Origin: Camelus ferus
Lineage: Eukaryota
Reading direction: 5' to 3'
DNA length: 64,000 nt
Assembly: GCF_009834535.1 (NCBI RefSeq)
Contig: NC_045699.1
Location: 61,690,001-61,754,000, forward strand
Within the stretch, counting starts at the first letter, position 1. Each line of letters opens with the position of its first letter. Of the stretch, positions 34,421-46,619 are shown piece by piece. The position numbers and the translations under genes were made by a program. The notes under the pieces are model-generated. The model worked only from the letters and a program-made list of their open reading frames with translations, had not been told where the DNA came from and did no database searches.

Positions 34421-36062
34421 TAATCCTTAGGGATCATGAAAAAAGAATTGGCATCAAGGGGCCGGCTTGGAGACTTTTGCAGAAAGCCAGCCAGAGGTAT
34501 TGAAGACATAAACCTATGGATACACACTCAAAAATAGCCGTAAACTGACCGGATGAAGCCAACTTTGAGGAAACGGCTGCAGGGATGGAGATAAAATGTC
34601 AACTCAAGAGAGACAATTCACATGAATAGATGTCAAGTCTCAATCACAAATTGGACCCACAGGTGAATAATCTGAAGAAAGATCTCTCTTGTGTACTTGT
34701 ACACCTTTAATGATTTTCTATATAATTTTCTCCAGGAAAATAATATATAATTCCACTTGGAATTAGATTTCAAGTCCCATTCAGGCAGCGAAGATTAAAA
34801 GACCGACTTTCTAACACAAACTGTGGCTCCAGCCAAGGGCAGGAACTCCAACAAAACCCATAAGGAAGTTGTTTAGGACAGTTCATACCTCCTCGAAATT
34901 CCTCAAGGAATTTGCCGAATCCGAATTGTGAGGGAAAGAGGCTGACCCTTCCTCAGGGTCTCTCTAAGTGTTTTGTATCCATTGTCACATTGTAACCTCA
35001 TACCAACCCTGTGTGTATGTGCACAGGTCCTCCCACTTAACAAGCCTCAGAAAGAAGACAATACTCAGGCAGGGTCACTCAGCTGGGAGGTGCAGGCGCA
35101 AGGGTTTCAGGCTGCCTATCTCTAAACACATTTTCCCCTCTACACTGGGCGGGGACTACGCTCCCAGATCCAAGGGCACCTGGATTCTTTGATTCAAAGT
35201 GACATGCTGTAAATAACTCTCTCTTTTCAAGTACTCAGGACCCAAGCAGTCTTTAAAAGTTAAAAAAAAAAAAAAAGTGAAAAAAAAAAAATCATATGGC
35301 CAGGGAGTTTCCTGCAGGGACAGGACTCCTCTCTGTAGTGTGACTTGATCCAAGATGAAGTCTTGCAAAAGAGCTTTTGTCCCAAGGGCTGCTGTTAAGA
35401 ACGTGCAACTCTTTTCTTCCGGGTTTCGTACGCTCCTCGGTCACCTTTGTGTATTTCTTCCAGTGAGTGTATATCCTGACCCTTCCATTGATTGGATCAA
35501 AGCAAGGGGCTCTCTGTGAAGACCACTCACAACTGGGTTTGGGGAACTTAACCTTACTCCTCTCCTAGGGCATCATCTGCTGACCAGCAGCACCTGAAAG
35601 GCCGGGAACTTGGTGACAGATTGAGATGCCGCAAGCTCATCGCTGGTGTCTCCACGATTCCCACGTCAGCCGCCTGTTTCCCCTCCAGGCTCCTGGGATG
35701 TAGTCACCGTGACCTGGAGGGAGGAGGCAGGCAAAAAGGGCACAAAGACGTAGGTTGGGGCGAATGCCTAGCGCACTGGTGGGGGACTGGGTCTGAATAA
35801 GAAAGATAAGAAAGCGTACCAACAAGTTCCCCGGGACTTACGTGTGCAGAGCTTTAATCAGAGCATGGGCGTCAGTGTTAGCTTGGCGCGGAACACATCA
35901 GACAGAGGGACAAAAAGGCAATGGGTGACCCCTAAATGCAGTATGAAAAGGAAGAGATACACACCTTTGTCGGTGGCTGTATGTGGCAGGGAGGAGCATG
36001 AAAGAAGGGTTTGGGGAAAGATTAGGGTTTCACTCTCCAATAAATATTCATTGACTCATTTT

Positions 36063-36338
36063 AAAAATTGAAGTAGAGTTGATTTACAATGTTGTGTCAG
36101 TTTCTGGTGTACAGCATAGTGATTCAGCTGTACATTTATATATATTCTTTTTCATTATAGGTTTTTACAAGATACTGAATGTAGTTCCCTGTGCTATACA
36201 GTAGGACTTTGTTGTTTATCTGTTTTATATGTAGTAGTTTGTGTCTGCTAGTCCCAAACTCCTAATTTGTCCCTCCTTCCCCCTGCTGTTTCCCTTTGGT
36301 AACCATAAGTTTGTTTTCTGTGCCTGAGAGTCTGTTTC
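36063..36338 (-). mobile_element. 5'-truncated artiodactyl L1 3' end with 15-bp TSD
   Basis: ATTGAAGTAGAGTTGATTTACAATGTTGTGTCAGTTTCTGGTGTACAGCATAGTGATTCAG...CCCTGTGCTATACAGTAGGAC; TSD TCATTGA(C/A)TC(A/C)TTTT at 36048-36062 and 36339-36353. Confidence 0.92.
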
Positions 36339-37090
36339 TCATTGAATCCTTTTTATATGTTGGATAATGTGCTAGTTGGCAGGGATATAGCAAAGCAGAC
36401 AGAATCCGTATTGGAGACTGGCATTAGTCACGTGATCACACAAATGTATATATTTTAAACTGTGTCTAATGAAGAAAAGAAAAAAACCCATGGAGTTATG
36501 GGCATTTATAGAAAGGAATCCCGACCTAGCCTGTGGGCTGAGAGCCACTGCAGTTAGGACAGGCCATCCACAGAGGTTCCCGAGGGGAGCACAGTCAAAC
36601 ACGTTCTAAGCCCAGAGAGTAAAATGACATCAGCGTGGTTGGGGGACAGAGTGGCACCATCCGGGGCTGGAGTGGTGAGAATCAATTTAGGGAGAACTTT
36701 GTAGGCTACACATGTTGGTGACAAAGCGATAGACAACCTGGTTTGCTCACTGATTTGGGGGCACCATTGATGGGATTTTAGTAAAAATGTGAAATGACCC
36801 AGCTTTGCCATTTTGAGAGATGATCCTGGCCGTGTGTGAAGAACGAGAATGCTGAAAGCTCACATTTGGGCAATTGCTATCTGGCAAGACCTGCTAAAGT
36901 TAACATGTCACCCGGAGGGCAGGTGTGGAGGGACACAGGAAAGGAGGCAGTTTTTGCTTAGTAGCTTTTTTATACCAGGAATTGTGACAAGGGTTTAGTG
37001 ATTCTCATTTTATTTAATCTCCATAAAATCTTTATAAAGTAGATGGTATTTCTGCCATTTGATGGATGAGGGACTATCTAATTTAGAGAA

Positions 37091-37300
37091 ATCCATCCAT
37101 CCATCTGTCCATCCATCCATCCATCTGTTAGCTTATTCACTCATTTATTCACCAAATATTTTATGGAGCATCTACAATGAAGTGAACTGGTTAGTCACTG
37201 GGATTTCTCTGGTGACCAAGACACTGTTGGTCCCTACTCTCAAATGATTTATGGGCTAGTGGAAACACAGATGAGCAAACGGGTGCTTAAGTTCAGTGGA
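37091..37300 (-). mobile_element. L2 3' end with (ATCC)n tail
   Basis: (ATCC)n at 37091-37127, then TCATTTATTCACCAAATATTTTATGGAGCATCTAC...GGTCCCTACTCTCA. Confidence 0.7.
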
Positions 37301-37989
37301 GAAAGTTCCCTGCAGTGGGGCAGGCCGTAGTGCTTGGAAGAGCAAAGGCAAACACCCATCCTCGCTGGGGCAGGTGGGAACCTCACCCAAGGTCTCCACC
37401 AGTGTGTGTCAAGGCCAAGTCTTAGATGCACGTGGGTGGGCCTTGATCTGAAACTCACATGCCGTTCATCTCGCCATAGTGTACGAGCAGTTAGTTTGGG
37501 ATTTTTGGTAAAGTCTCTGAAAAACACATCACCCGTCTTGACTAAATCCCACTGGAGGTTTGGCTGTGAAGAGCTGTAAGCACACGGGAGGCTGGTGGAC
37601 CTCAGCATCCCTTCCCCACGCCGCCCGGACTTGGCTGGAGCCAGGCCATTCTGGAAGCACTGAGCGCCCAGGCCTCCTTAAGCACCTGCCCAGGACATGC
37701 CATGCATTTAGTGAGCTCTGTCCACGGCCGGGGGGCACTTGGCGCCACAGACGATGGAAATAACCCCTCAGGCCAAACAAAAAATGAAGTGCACAGGCTG
37801 CCAGAGTTTTGGAGCATGAGAGAAAGAAATCTGGGTTGAGTGAGGAAGAGCTATTAATTATAATCTCAGCTCAGGCTTGAGAAGGGTGAGAAGTGCTTCT
37901 ATAGAACATCACTTATCTCCGAGAGAAGGAGAGCACGGTCACCCATTCTGTTCCATCCCATGAGCCTTCCGGAGCCTTGTAGGAGGCCA

Positions 37990-37994
<5 letters not shown>

Positions 37995-38045
<51 letters not shown>
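37995..38045. repeat. (AC)25 microsatellite
   Basis: Uninterrupted 51-bp AC run. Confidence 0.97.
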
Positions 38046-38051
<6 letters not shown>

Positions 38052-38289
38052 CACATTTTACTGAACACTTGATTATGTGCCAAGAGTGGCACTTCGTGTT
38101 TTCCTGTGTTTCATTTCATTCTTCCAATAGCCCCTTATGATTATTTCTTCATTATTATCTGTATATTCCCTATTGATAAGACCAAAAATCTAGGGCCCCC
38201 ATCGTCAGGCTCCATTTTATTCTTCCAGAATCTTTTCTGACTTTTAAACAAACTTATAGAAAAGGACTAGTTACTTAGGAAATACGCTA

Positions 38290-38820
38290 TTTCCCACTGA
38301 CATCTGTTTTTCCACCGTAACCCAGGAAGGAAGCTGGCGTTGATGCCTTGCGCCTTTGGGAGACGTTATGCTGCATCATCGTAGAAGGACCACGGGAAGA
38401 AGGGAAGTGGTCTGTTTTTTGGAGGGAGGAGGTGGAGCGAGCTTCACAGCAGTGAAAGAGACAAAGCTTTCCCCGTGCGGAGAGGAGAGAAGAGATTCAG
38501 TGGGGTGGAGCGGGGAAAGGAGAGGGGATGCCGCCCCTGGGAAGACCACCGTGCAAGGCACCTGGGACCCCACGGACAGCTGTGCCTCGGAACAAGGGGA
38601 CCAGAACCATCTAGAGCCAAAGGACCGAGTCTGCCGGAGGGGACGCGGCACCCACAACTACGCAACAAACTAAGGACCTATTCTTTCTCTCCCCTGATTC
38701 CTGAAGCTTATTCCACCCTCAGGGCATAGAGAGAACATCCTGGAAGGAGGGAAGCTTGCATATTCCGTAACCACCTCCGCAGACACCACTTATAAACCTG
38801 TAAAAATAGGTCCAACCCTT
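38290..38820. mobile_element. Probable ancient LTR (family not identified)
   Basis: Purine-rich, CpG-containing block with LTR-like texture; no confident family match. Confidence 0.3.
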
Positions 38821-38912
38821 GATACACAAATGCATAATCTTGGGAACTCAGCATTATTCATGGTGCTTGTGTCATTTACTCTTTTTTGCATTAGCTGATT
38901 TTTTAATGCCTC

Positions 38913-38973
38913 CATGTGCATGCATGTGCGTGTGTGTGTGTGTGCGTGTGCGTGTGCGTGTGCGCGTGCGCAT
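38913..38973. repeat. 61-bp alternating purine/pyrimidine tract (TG/CG/CA), potential Z-DNA
   Basis: CATGTGCATGCATGTGCGTGTGTGTGTGTGTGCGTGTGCGTGTGCGTGTGCGCGTGCGCAT. Confidence 0.9.
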
Positions 38974-39419
38974 CCATGGGTATGAATTCATGTAAAGGCA
39001 GGGGCTCGGGGCAGGAGAGCCTCTGAATGATTCTCTCAGAGATATACTTGAATGTAATGAACTTTCTTAAAGACCCAAGTTAACACTGGGTGGCATTAAA
39101 AAAAAAAGGAGAGACAGCCAGGAAGCGAAGCCTCCTTGATTAGAGGCCAGGATGTCATTCACCACATGCAACCTCAAAGCCAGGTTCAGAGCACGGGCAG
39201 AGTGGGCAGCTGCCTGCCTGGCACGGTTGAAATCTCCTCTCCACTGCAGCCTCCCCTCAGCAATCCTCCCGCACACGGATCTTCTCTCACATGTCACTTT
39301 TTGGGTTTACGGCAAAGATCTCATGTTTGGGCAGGGGTGGGGGGGGGACACATTTATTGATAAACTCTGTATCAGTATAGTGAATTACTTACAACCTTGG
39401 CCAGGAGATGAGGTTGAGG

Positions 39420-39569
39420 TCCATTTGCATCACTGACTACCTTAGTGATTTTAGCAAGATCTTGTACCTTTCTTTGCTTAAAGCTTCTCATGTATAACAT
39501 GTTTTCCTTGTTGTTTGTTAATGATAGTATGGTGGGGAGGATTAAATGAGGAGATGCAAGTGAAGTGGA
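39420..39569 (+). mobile_element. MIR SINE fragment running into gap
   Basis: GTGATTTTAGCAAGATC...GCTTCTCATGTATAA...GGAGGATTAAATGAGGAGATGCAAGTGAAG. Confidence 0.65.
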
Positions 39570-39804
39570 NNNNNNNNNNNNNNNNNNNNNNNNNNNNNNN
39601 NNNNNNNNNNNNNNNNNNNNNNNNNNNNNNNNNNNNNNNNNNNNNNNNNNNNNNNNNNNNNNNNNNNNNNNNNNNNNNNNNNNNNNNNNNNNNNNNNNNN
39701 NNNNNNNNNNNNNNNNNNNNNNNNNNNNNNNNNNNNNNNNNNNNNNNNNNNNNNNNNNNNNNNNNNNNNNNNNNNNNNNNNNNNNNNNNNNNNNNNNNNN
39801 NNNN
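39570..39804. other. Assembly gap (235 N)
   Basis: Run of N. Confidence 1.
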
Positions 39805-40889
39805 GTGTAAGTTGTGGTCACAGATTGGCCAGCTTTGTGACTGAGTATCATTGAAGATGAGCAATGGACAGATATGTTTTGATGTAGGGGAGGGAGTGGG
39901 GAACTTCCAGGCATGAGGGGAATTTTTTGAAGAAAAGCAGAGCTGTGTAGGGTCCTGAGTTGATGGTGACATGGTGGGGGATCTGGGGATGGATGGCCTC
40001 TGATAGCAGGAGTTCCATTACCTTCTTCAAGATTGATAGGAGGAGGGCCACTGCAGAGATTAGTCAAACATCCTCTGTCACCAGGACTGCCCTTTTCTAG
40101 GTCCCTCCCAGAGTCCTGCTGTCTTGCAGTGTGACAGCTCCAACAGACTTCAGACTCTGTAGCACGATTTCCTTTCCTGGCACAGAGTGGAGCAATGTCG
40201 CTCAGACAGGAAGGAAACTCGTCCAAGGTCAAGCTCTGGAGTTGGGACTAGAACTCAGGTCACTGAGACTCCCATTCCAGAGCACATTTCAATGCCTACC
40301 ATGTCTCAGTTCACATTCCAGCACCAGCCTATGACGGAGGTGTTTATCAAACAGCTACCTGGCAGCTTACCATGGTCCTGGCTCTGCCCCTAGCTAACCG
40401 GGGCCCTTAAGGGCGCCCTTCCTTTCCCTGAGTTTGTAGTTTGGGTGACTGATCTGGATGGTTTCTAAGGTCCCGTTAGCTTTGGTGATCTGCGCTTCCC
40501 CAGCTCACGAGTCACGGAGGCTGTCAGGTGTCCGAGTAGGAGGAGGACGCAGTGTGACAGGTGGCGTCCCTGACTTTGGAGGGGAACTTGGCAGAGCTGC
40601 CTCCTCTGCTGGGGATGGGGAGGGTGGGAGCCAGCAGGAGGAGCCGCCCACTTTGGACAAAAGCTGTGATTCACCCAGTAGAAGAAGGGAAGGGGGGAGG
40701 CCCATCAGCCTGTAGCCTGGAACTCTGCTGGAGATGTATCTGGGATCCTCTAAGCCCTGAACCTCTGTGCACAAAAGACCTGGGGCTGACTCAGGCAAAC
40801 CTCACAGCTTATATTTACAACTCTCTCACTAAGATTTGAGGAGGCTACTATTTTTGTGACAAAGCTATTTCGAGATGATTCAGCAAGTT

Positions 40890-41490
40890 TTAGTGACTCC
40901 ATTTTCCATGACACAGCCAGAGGGGTCTTTCTAAAATAAAACTTGGGTCGTGGCATTTTCTTGCTTTAAAGCCTTTAGAATATTCCACAATCCTTGCTGT
41001 GGCTTATAGAGGCTGGTTAAATGTGGCCTTTGCCTGCCTCTCTGACCTCCCTCCAGCCTCTCCCCTTGCACCATCGCCCTACTCCATTGCCACTGGTCCA
41101 TCTCCTTTCCCAAAGGACCCCGGCTTATCACCTTCTCACTGCTTTTGCATGTGCTGTTCCTGCCTCTGGGAATGCTGTTCCCCTCACTTTCCTACCATCT
41201 ATCACTAATTTTTCTTCAGGTCTCTGATTAAATGTGACTTTAGCAGAAAGGCTCTTCTCACTCCTCCCCAATCTAAATTACAACTCCCTCTGATATTCTT
41301 GAAAAACACATCATCTTTTTCCTCTTACACTGACCTCAATTTGTAATTATATACTTGTTTGGGATTATTTGTTGCTCTCTCCCTCCTGTTATTCCCAAGC
41401 CCCCTAGGACCCACTTATCCATTCCCTCCCTGAAACGCCAGTCCCTAACACAGTGCCTGGCAAACAGTGAACACACAGTAAAAGATTTTT
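40890..41490 (+). mobile_element. L2 LINE 3' region
   Basis: ACAGCCAGAGGGGTCTTTCTAAAATAAA..., GCTTTTGCATGTGCTGTTCCTGCCTCTGGGAATGC..., AAATGTGACTTTAGCAGAAAGGC..., AACACAGTGCCTGGCAAACAG. Confidence 0.85.
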
Positions 41491-41702
41491 TTTTTTAAAG
41501 GAAATGTATGGTCATGGAGACTGACATTAGGAATAACTGCCGTGAGATGTGAAATGTCCACGGGTCCTTCCCAAGTACCCGCAGGGGAATTTGTGCATTT
41601 ATGTAAAATCAGTGCTTTGCATCCTTCCTCCCAAGGGAGAGCGGTTTTAGAACCCTAAAATGTTGAGACTGGACAGAACTCAAGGAAAAAAAAAACCTTG
41701 GC

Positions 41703-41880
41703 CAGTGGTTTCAAACTCTCTTTTAGCAGTGTTTTGCATTCAAAGCTTTGTCCAAACCTCATTATATAAACCACATGAAAGCAAAGATCTCTGGCTAATG
41801 TGGGGGTGGGGGCAGAGGGGAAGTAATTCCCAGAATTTTTACTCTCCCGTCATGGTGTCCCTAGGGTGAAGTAGTGGGAG
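41703..41880. mobile_element. MER103-like hAT-Charlie MITE
   Basis: CAGTGGTTTCAAACTCTCTTTTAGCAG...ATTATATAAACCACATGAAAGCAAAGATCTCTGG...GTGTCCCTAGGG. Confidence 0.6.
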
Positions 41881-42304
41881 CGGTTCACCCTGGGTATAGG
41901 CAATAAAGGGGCATATTGTCTGTAGAGAATCTTAAAACAATAATACAATCAAGAAAGAATAAACATAAAACTGTTAAAATTCAGCCAGCTTTCTAGCAGA
42001 CAATTCTAGATAATGTCAGTGATAAGGCAGTCTTCCTGGCCAGGGTGGCAAGTCTCCGCTCCTTGAGTGCCGCAGGTCCCCATGGCTTTCCCCTATGGAA
42101 TTTTCATCCAAATTCCTCATCAAGGAAGGAACTAACGTGGTCAAAAGTGGGGCGCTCCCACGGCGGGCCAGCTCGGGATGAGCTCATCCAAGAGGAGAGA
42201 AGTCAACGTCAGGTGAGCACTAGCTCCCAGGCCTTTAGTGTTACCCCTGTGGCTACTCTCCGGACAGAGGCTTCTGTCTTTGAGAGGCAGGAATGGGTCG
42301 AGGT

Positions 42305-42520
42305 CAAAGGCACAGACTCTGTAGCCAGACAGCCTGGATTCAAATCCCAACCGTGTTATTTGCTGGTGTGTTGAGCTTGGATTACTCACTTGTCCTCTTC
42401 AAGCTCAAGTCCTCACCTATATAATGAGGAGGCTAAAATGACCTACTACGGAGGGTTGCTTTGTAGATCAGAAAAGAGAATACGTGCCCCTTGCTTGGCA
42501 AGGGAGTAAGTGCTAGTGTG
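42305..42520 (+). mobile_element. MIR SINE
   Basis: CACAGACTCTGTAGCCAGACAGCCTGGATTCAAATCCC...TCCTCACCTATATAATGAGGA. Confidence 0.8.
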
Positions 42521-43139
42521 CGTGAATCTTAGTCCTTGCTTGGGATTTACACATCTGGCCTCTTCTTTACATTGATGCCTGGTTGCCGGTTGTCGGGGAA
42601 AACACGCGTGGTCTCAGGGATCTCCTCGATGCCAGCACTGCAGGGGTACCTTTCCCTGTCTGGGGACACCATTTGGCAGAAGCTGAATGTACGAAGTGTT
42701 GAGATCTGCAAGAAGAAGCCAGGAATACTTCATGCAACCCCCCAAAAGGAAACAAAATCTTCACCGTTGTGCCTGACCTTGACAACCTAACCACTGAGCT
42801 GGAAGGTGGCGACTGGGACTGTTGCTGCTCCCTGGACAGGACCAAAAACTAAACATTGAAAAAAATAATAATAATGAAAATGGAAAGTAAGTTTTCTTCT
42901 TAGGCCCTTCTTAGGGCAAGACTTGAGATATTTCTTTTTATGTTCCCGTGATCCTGGTAGGTCTCACAAATTACCATGAACCAGAATAATTTCCCCTTTT
43001 CTTTACCTACAACTTCCAGTAAGCCTAGAGCATCCTCAGCGCCCGAGAAACACAGACACTATACATTGCACAGTGCATCTTGCTGACAGGTCTATGATTT
43101 CATACCTTGTACAGAGAGAAATGGAGACCGGAAACAGTC

Positions 43140-43410
43140 CTGGCCACATGCCTACCATGTGCCTGGTGCCATGTAAGACTCTTCTTAAATAGCAACTCAT
43201 ATTTTTTTTTTTAAATCAAGCAGTTCTAAGCACTTTACCCTCCATTCATTTTTATACTTTCACATTTGATCCCCACAATTATCTAGTAAGATATTTCCAT
43301 TCGCCAGATTGGAAAACCGAAGCTCAAGGGGTAAAAGAACGTGTCAAAGTTTACCCAGTTTAAAAGGCACAGAGCCAGGATTGGAACCCAGGCCCAGGAG
43401 AACCTGAAGG
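43140..43410 (-). mobile_element. MIR SINE
   Basis: TACCATGTGCCTGG...GTTCTAAGCACTTTA...CCCACAATTATC...GGAAAACCGAAGCTCA...CAGAGCCAGGATTGGAACCCAGG. Confidence 0.75.
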
Positions 43411-44734
43411 CTTTATGACTTCCTCTCTGCTACATCATGGCCCTCTTCTTATTTTACTTCTCAAGAGTTAATTTATTCATTGTTAAAACAGCCTTGGTCA
43501 GCAGGAATCATTGTGTCCATTTTATAAGAAAAAACAGAGTTTTAGCAAGACCTCGATGGTCACCCATCATTGCATAGAATTTCGAGAACACAGCTATGAG
43601 TCTAAAATATGCAAGGTTTGAAGATCATCAAGCTCCTTCCAGTGTGTGTGGCTCTCAAAACCTTTGTGCCTCCCCAGCAGCCTTCCTGAGAGAAGCTGGG
43701 AAAGGAGCAGGGAAAGGGTAAATAATTTTTCTAATGCCATACAGCAAAATATTTCTCAGTGCTGCATCTGTAGGACTTTGGGGACCCTCCCCCGATGAGC
43801 TCTGCTTCAGGAGTTTTGAAACAAAACCTTTCTCTGGATCCTTGTAGCATCATCTCTCGGTAGAGGGGAATTTTCCATTTACCGAGGGAAACTGACTTCT
43901 GAGTGACAACATCCGCCCACCGAGAGCCTGGATGGAGCCCAGGCTTCCAGTTCCAGGCACTGCCGTGGAATTCGTGAGCTTGTGTCTCCTGAGGCTGGAC
44001 CATCACGCTTGGTGTGGGCCGGTGGCTGTGCTGAAGCCCATCTCTGAGAGCTGGAGGGCGTGTTCCGCGCTGGTAGGAGCACACAGAGAAGCCCACTCTA
44101 TCCTGTGGGCCCTGGCTAAGCAGAAATGTTCCAGCCCGAGAACATATTAGTCATGGGTTATGACTATTGCTGACTTGAAACAATGCAGGATGTAGCACAC
44201 AACAGCAGAGGGAGGAGGCCCCTGGGGATGGTCCAGACCAGCCTCAATAGTTTCCTGATGAGGAAAGTGAGGCCCAGTGGGGAGCAGTAACTCACCCAGG
44301 GCCACCCAGTGAATCACAGTAGAGAGGAGTTGTAGCATTTGCTCACTTCGATCAGGGTCTAAGGCACCCTGGAGGGTAGATGTGGCCAAAAACCACTGGA
44401 GAGTTATGGACATGTTTTGGAGATTGGTTCCATTTTTGTCTTGGACAAACTTTGGCAAATTTGGGGTTATGGGGTTACAGTCCAATTATGAGTCCCCAAT
44501 TCCTTCCCCATCGCTCAGACTCTGGATATACGGTGTTAAACCTGGAAGACATCTCAGGAGGGTCTCCAGTGCAGATGCAGGATGGCAAAAGATGATGCTA
44601 AAGGTCACTGAGGTGAAAGGCTGCGCACGTGGTCCTGACGCTGACTGGCACTCCTTGGACTTCCACATGTGTGGCTGTGTTAGGAGAGAGCTGGCCCAGC
44701 TCCTCCAACACGTGCACTTGTCGCCTGGCCTTTG

Positions 44735-44855
44735 CAACTGTACTCATTCATTCGCTGAACAAATACACAGAGCGAGCCCACACGTGCCAAGTACCACCTT
44801 GGGTGCAGGGATACAGAAGCAGATTAAACAGAGTTCCTGCTCTCACGGAACCTGG
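44735..44855 (-). mobile_element. L2 3' end
   Basis: TCATTCATTCGCTGAACAAATACACAGAGCG...CACGTGCCAAGTACC...CCTGCTCTCACGGAAC. Confidence 0.75.
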
Positions 44856-44859
44856 CATT

Positions 44860-45010
44860 TACAGACTCTTCTCAAATGTCACCTCCTCGGTGAAGCCCTC
44901 TCAGGTCACCCCATAAATAAATGGTCCAACTGCTTATAATTTTTATAGCCTGCAAGGCCAGGAACTCAGTAATGCCTGACAAATGTTCCTTGAATTAGTT
45001 GATGAACTCA
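44860..45010 (+). mobile_element. L2 fragment
   Basis: CTCAAATGTCACCTCCTCGGTGAAGCCCTCTC...ACAAATGTTCCTTGAATTAGTTGA. Confidence 0.6.
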
Positions 45011-45894
45011 GTCGGCCAATCAGTCATAAACACTTAGCGTTTTTATGTACAAGGTCTTATACTGGTGTTTATTATAAATTGATAAATAATGTGGGGCTCT
45101 GCATAGATGTCTTTGAATGTATGTCTTATCTCCTTAAATATAATATAAACTCCTTAATGATGGTAGGGACATCAGGTCACCTGTCCATGGACAGTGGACT
45201 AGAGAACGTGAAGCTTTCTTGGAGCAGAACAGCTACTTAGTACGTGTTATTAGAAGGAGGGAGAGAGGATGACTTCCTGTGACAACTCTCTGAAGCTCTG
45301 TAGTTAGAGACATATACTGCCACCACTTCAAAGATGAAGTTTTCTAGGTAGGTAATACTCAGAACCAGGATGAAAATCAAGAACTTCTGAATACAGCCCT
45401 GAGTCCTTTATTCTCTCTGGATAAGATATGGACTATTAGACTAAATTTAGGAATATGAACTCTCCAACAGTCATCTGGAGAGTGAGGAGTTCTAGCCAGC
45501 TCCTGCTGGGAACATGGGACTCTTATCTTCACCCATCAAAGCCCTTGGGAACTCATTTCAGAGCTAAAGGACCTTCATTTCCAGAAAGCCCCTCTTCACA
45601 GTCAACTAGAACCTCTCCATCCTTCTGTGAAATTGTTCAGACCATCACGGAACTGGAGTTTACTGACCTTTGAACTTTTGTTTAACCAAACAGTTAAGAA
45701 CACAAGCTCTGGGGTCCAACTGAACATACTCAAGTTCCTCAACTGTCTGAACTTCTGTCTCCTCCTTTGCAACTCGCATGGGTGATAGCCCCAACTCCCA
45801 GACTGCTGTGCAGATTAAACGAGATAACCTCTGTACTCCAAGACGAAGCACATGGTGGGTCCTCGACAATGTTAGTTCCTGTGATTGCGTGCTT

Positions 45895-46560
45895 GCAGTG
45901 AAGATCATCAGTCACTCAGAAAATCTTTCCTGAGAGCTGGTCACATGCCAGGCATTGTGCAAAGTGCAGAGGATTTGGGAATGACTAATATTGGAATCTG
46001 TTCTCAAGAACCTGATGGTCTCATTGGAACCTGACATGTACGTAAGTTACATTCATTGAGGCAGAGTTAAACACAGCACAAATAAAACACCTGTATACAA
46101 GCACACGGGGAAGAGAGCTTCATCATAACTGTGGGTTTGAAGAGGGGGTGGCATTTGAGCCAAGTCTTGTAGGATGAGTGATGAAGAAGAGGGAGAAGGT
46201 TGAGGGAATGGCACAGTCACTGATGAGGAAGGGCTGGGCATTCTCAAGTCATGCCATGTGTCCTGAGGCAATCAGAGTGTAGGGAGGGTAGGTGGATATA
46301 AAGGGACATAGGACTGGAAAATACAGACATGTCCACTTAAAGGAGGTTTCATGGTTTCAAATAAATCATGAAGAGTCATTTGAACTTAGTATTTTAAATG
46401 TCAGAGAGCCACTGAGAAGTGTTGAGGAAGGGTGTAGCATGATCTCACCTAAAATTGGATGGAAATTTCAAAGCCAGTTGCACAGGGATGATTGGAAAAA
46501 GGAGACACTGGGATCAGGAAGAGCAGTGAGGAGATATGGCAGTAGTTTAAACGAGAGGTA
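45895..46560 (-). mobile_element. L2 LINE 3' region
   Basis: CACATGCCAGGCATTGTGC..., GGCATTTGAGCCAAGTCTTGTAGGATGAG..., GAGCCACTGAGAAGTGTTGAGGAAGGG..., GAGCAGTGAGGAGATATGGCAGTAG. Confidence 0.8.
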
Positions 46561-46619
46561 ATCAACTATGCCTCCCAGGAAACACCCATCATCTCTCTGC
46601 GTGGTCAGATGCCCTGCAT

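Noticed and set aside
34748-34765. Inverted repeat TAATTCCA-CT-TGGAATTA
   Set aside because: Several 8-bp stems are expected by chance in a window this size.
37721-37740. CTCF-like CGGCCGGGGGGCACT
   Set aside because: It mismatches two highly informative core positions; not supportable without ChIP data.
39086-39098. 13-mer CTGGGTGGCATTA shared with 59170-59182
   Set aside because: Tens of repeated 13-mers are expected by chance in 64 kb (about N^2/2 divided by 4^13).
39372-40232. Longest listed ORF (286 aa, minus strand)
   Set aside because: It spans the 235-N gap and a MIR, so the length is an artefact of untranslatable N; no recognisable domain.
44382-44939. 185-aa plus-strand ORF
   Set aside because: It runs through L2 fragments, has no protein-like similarity or splice context, and such ORFs arise by chance.
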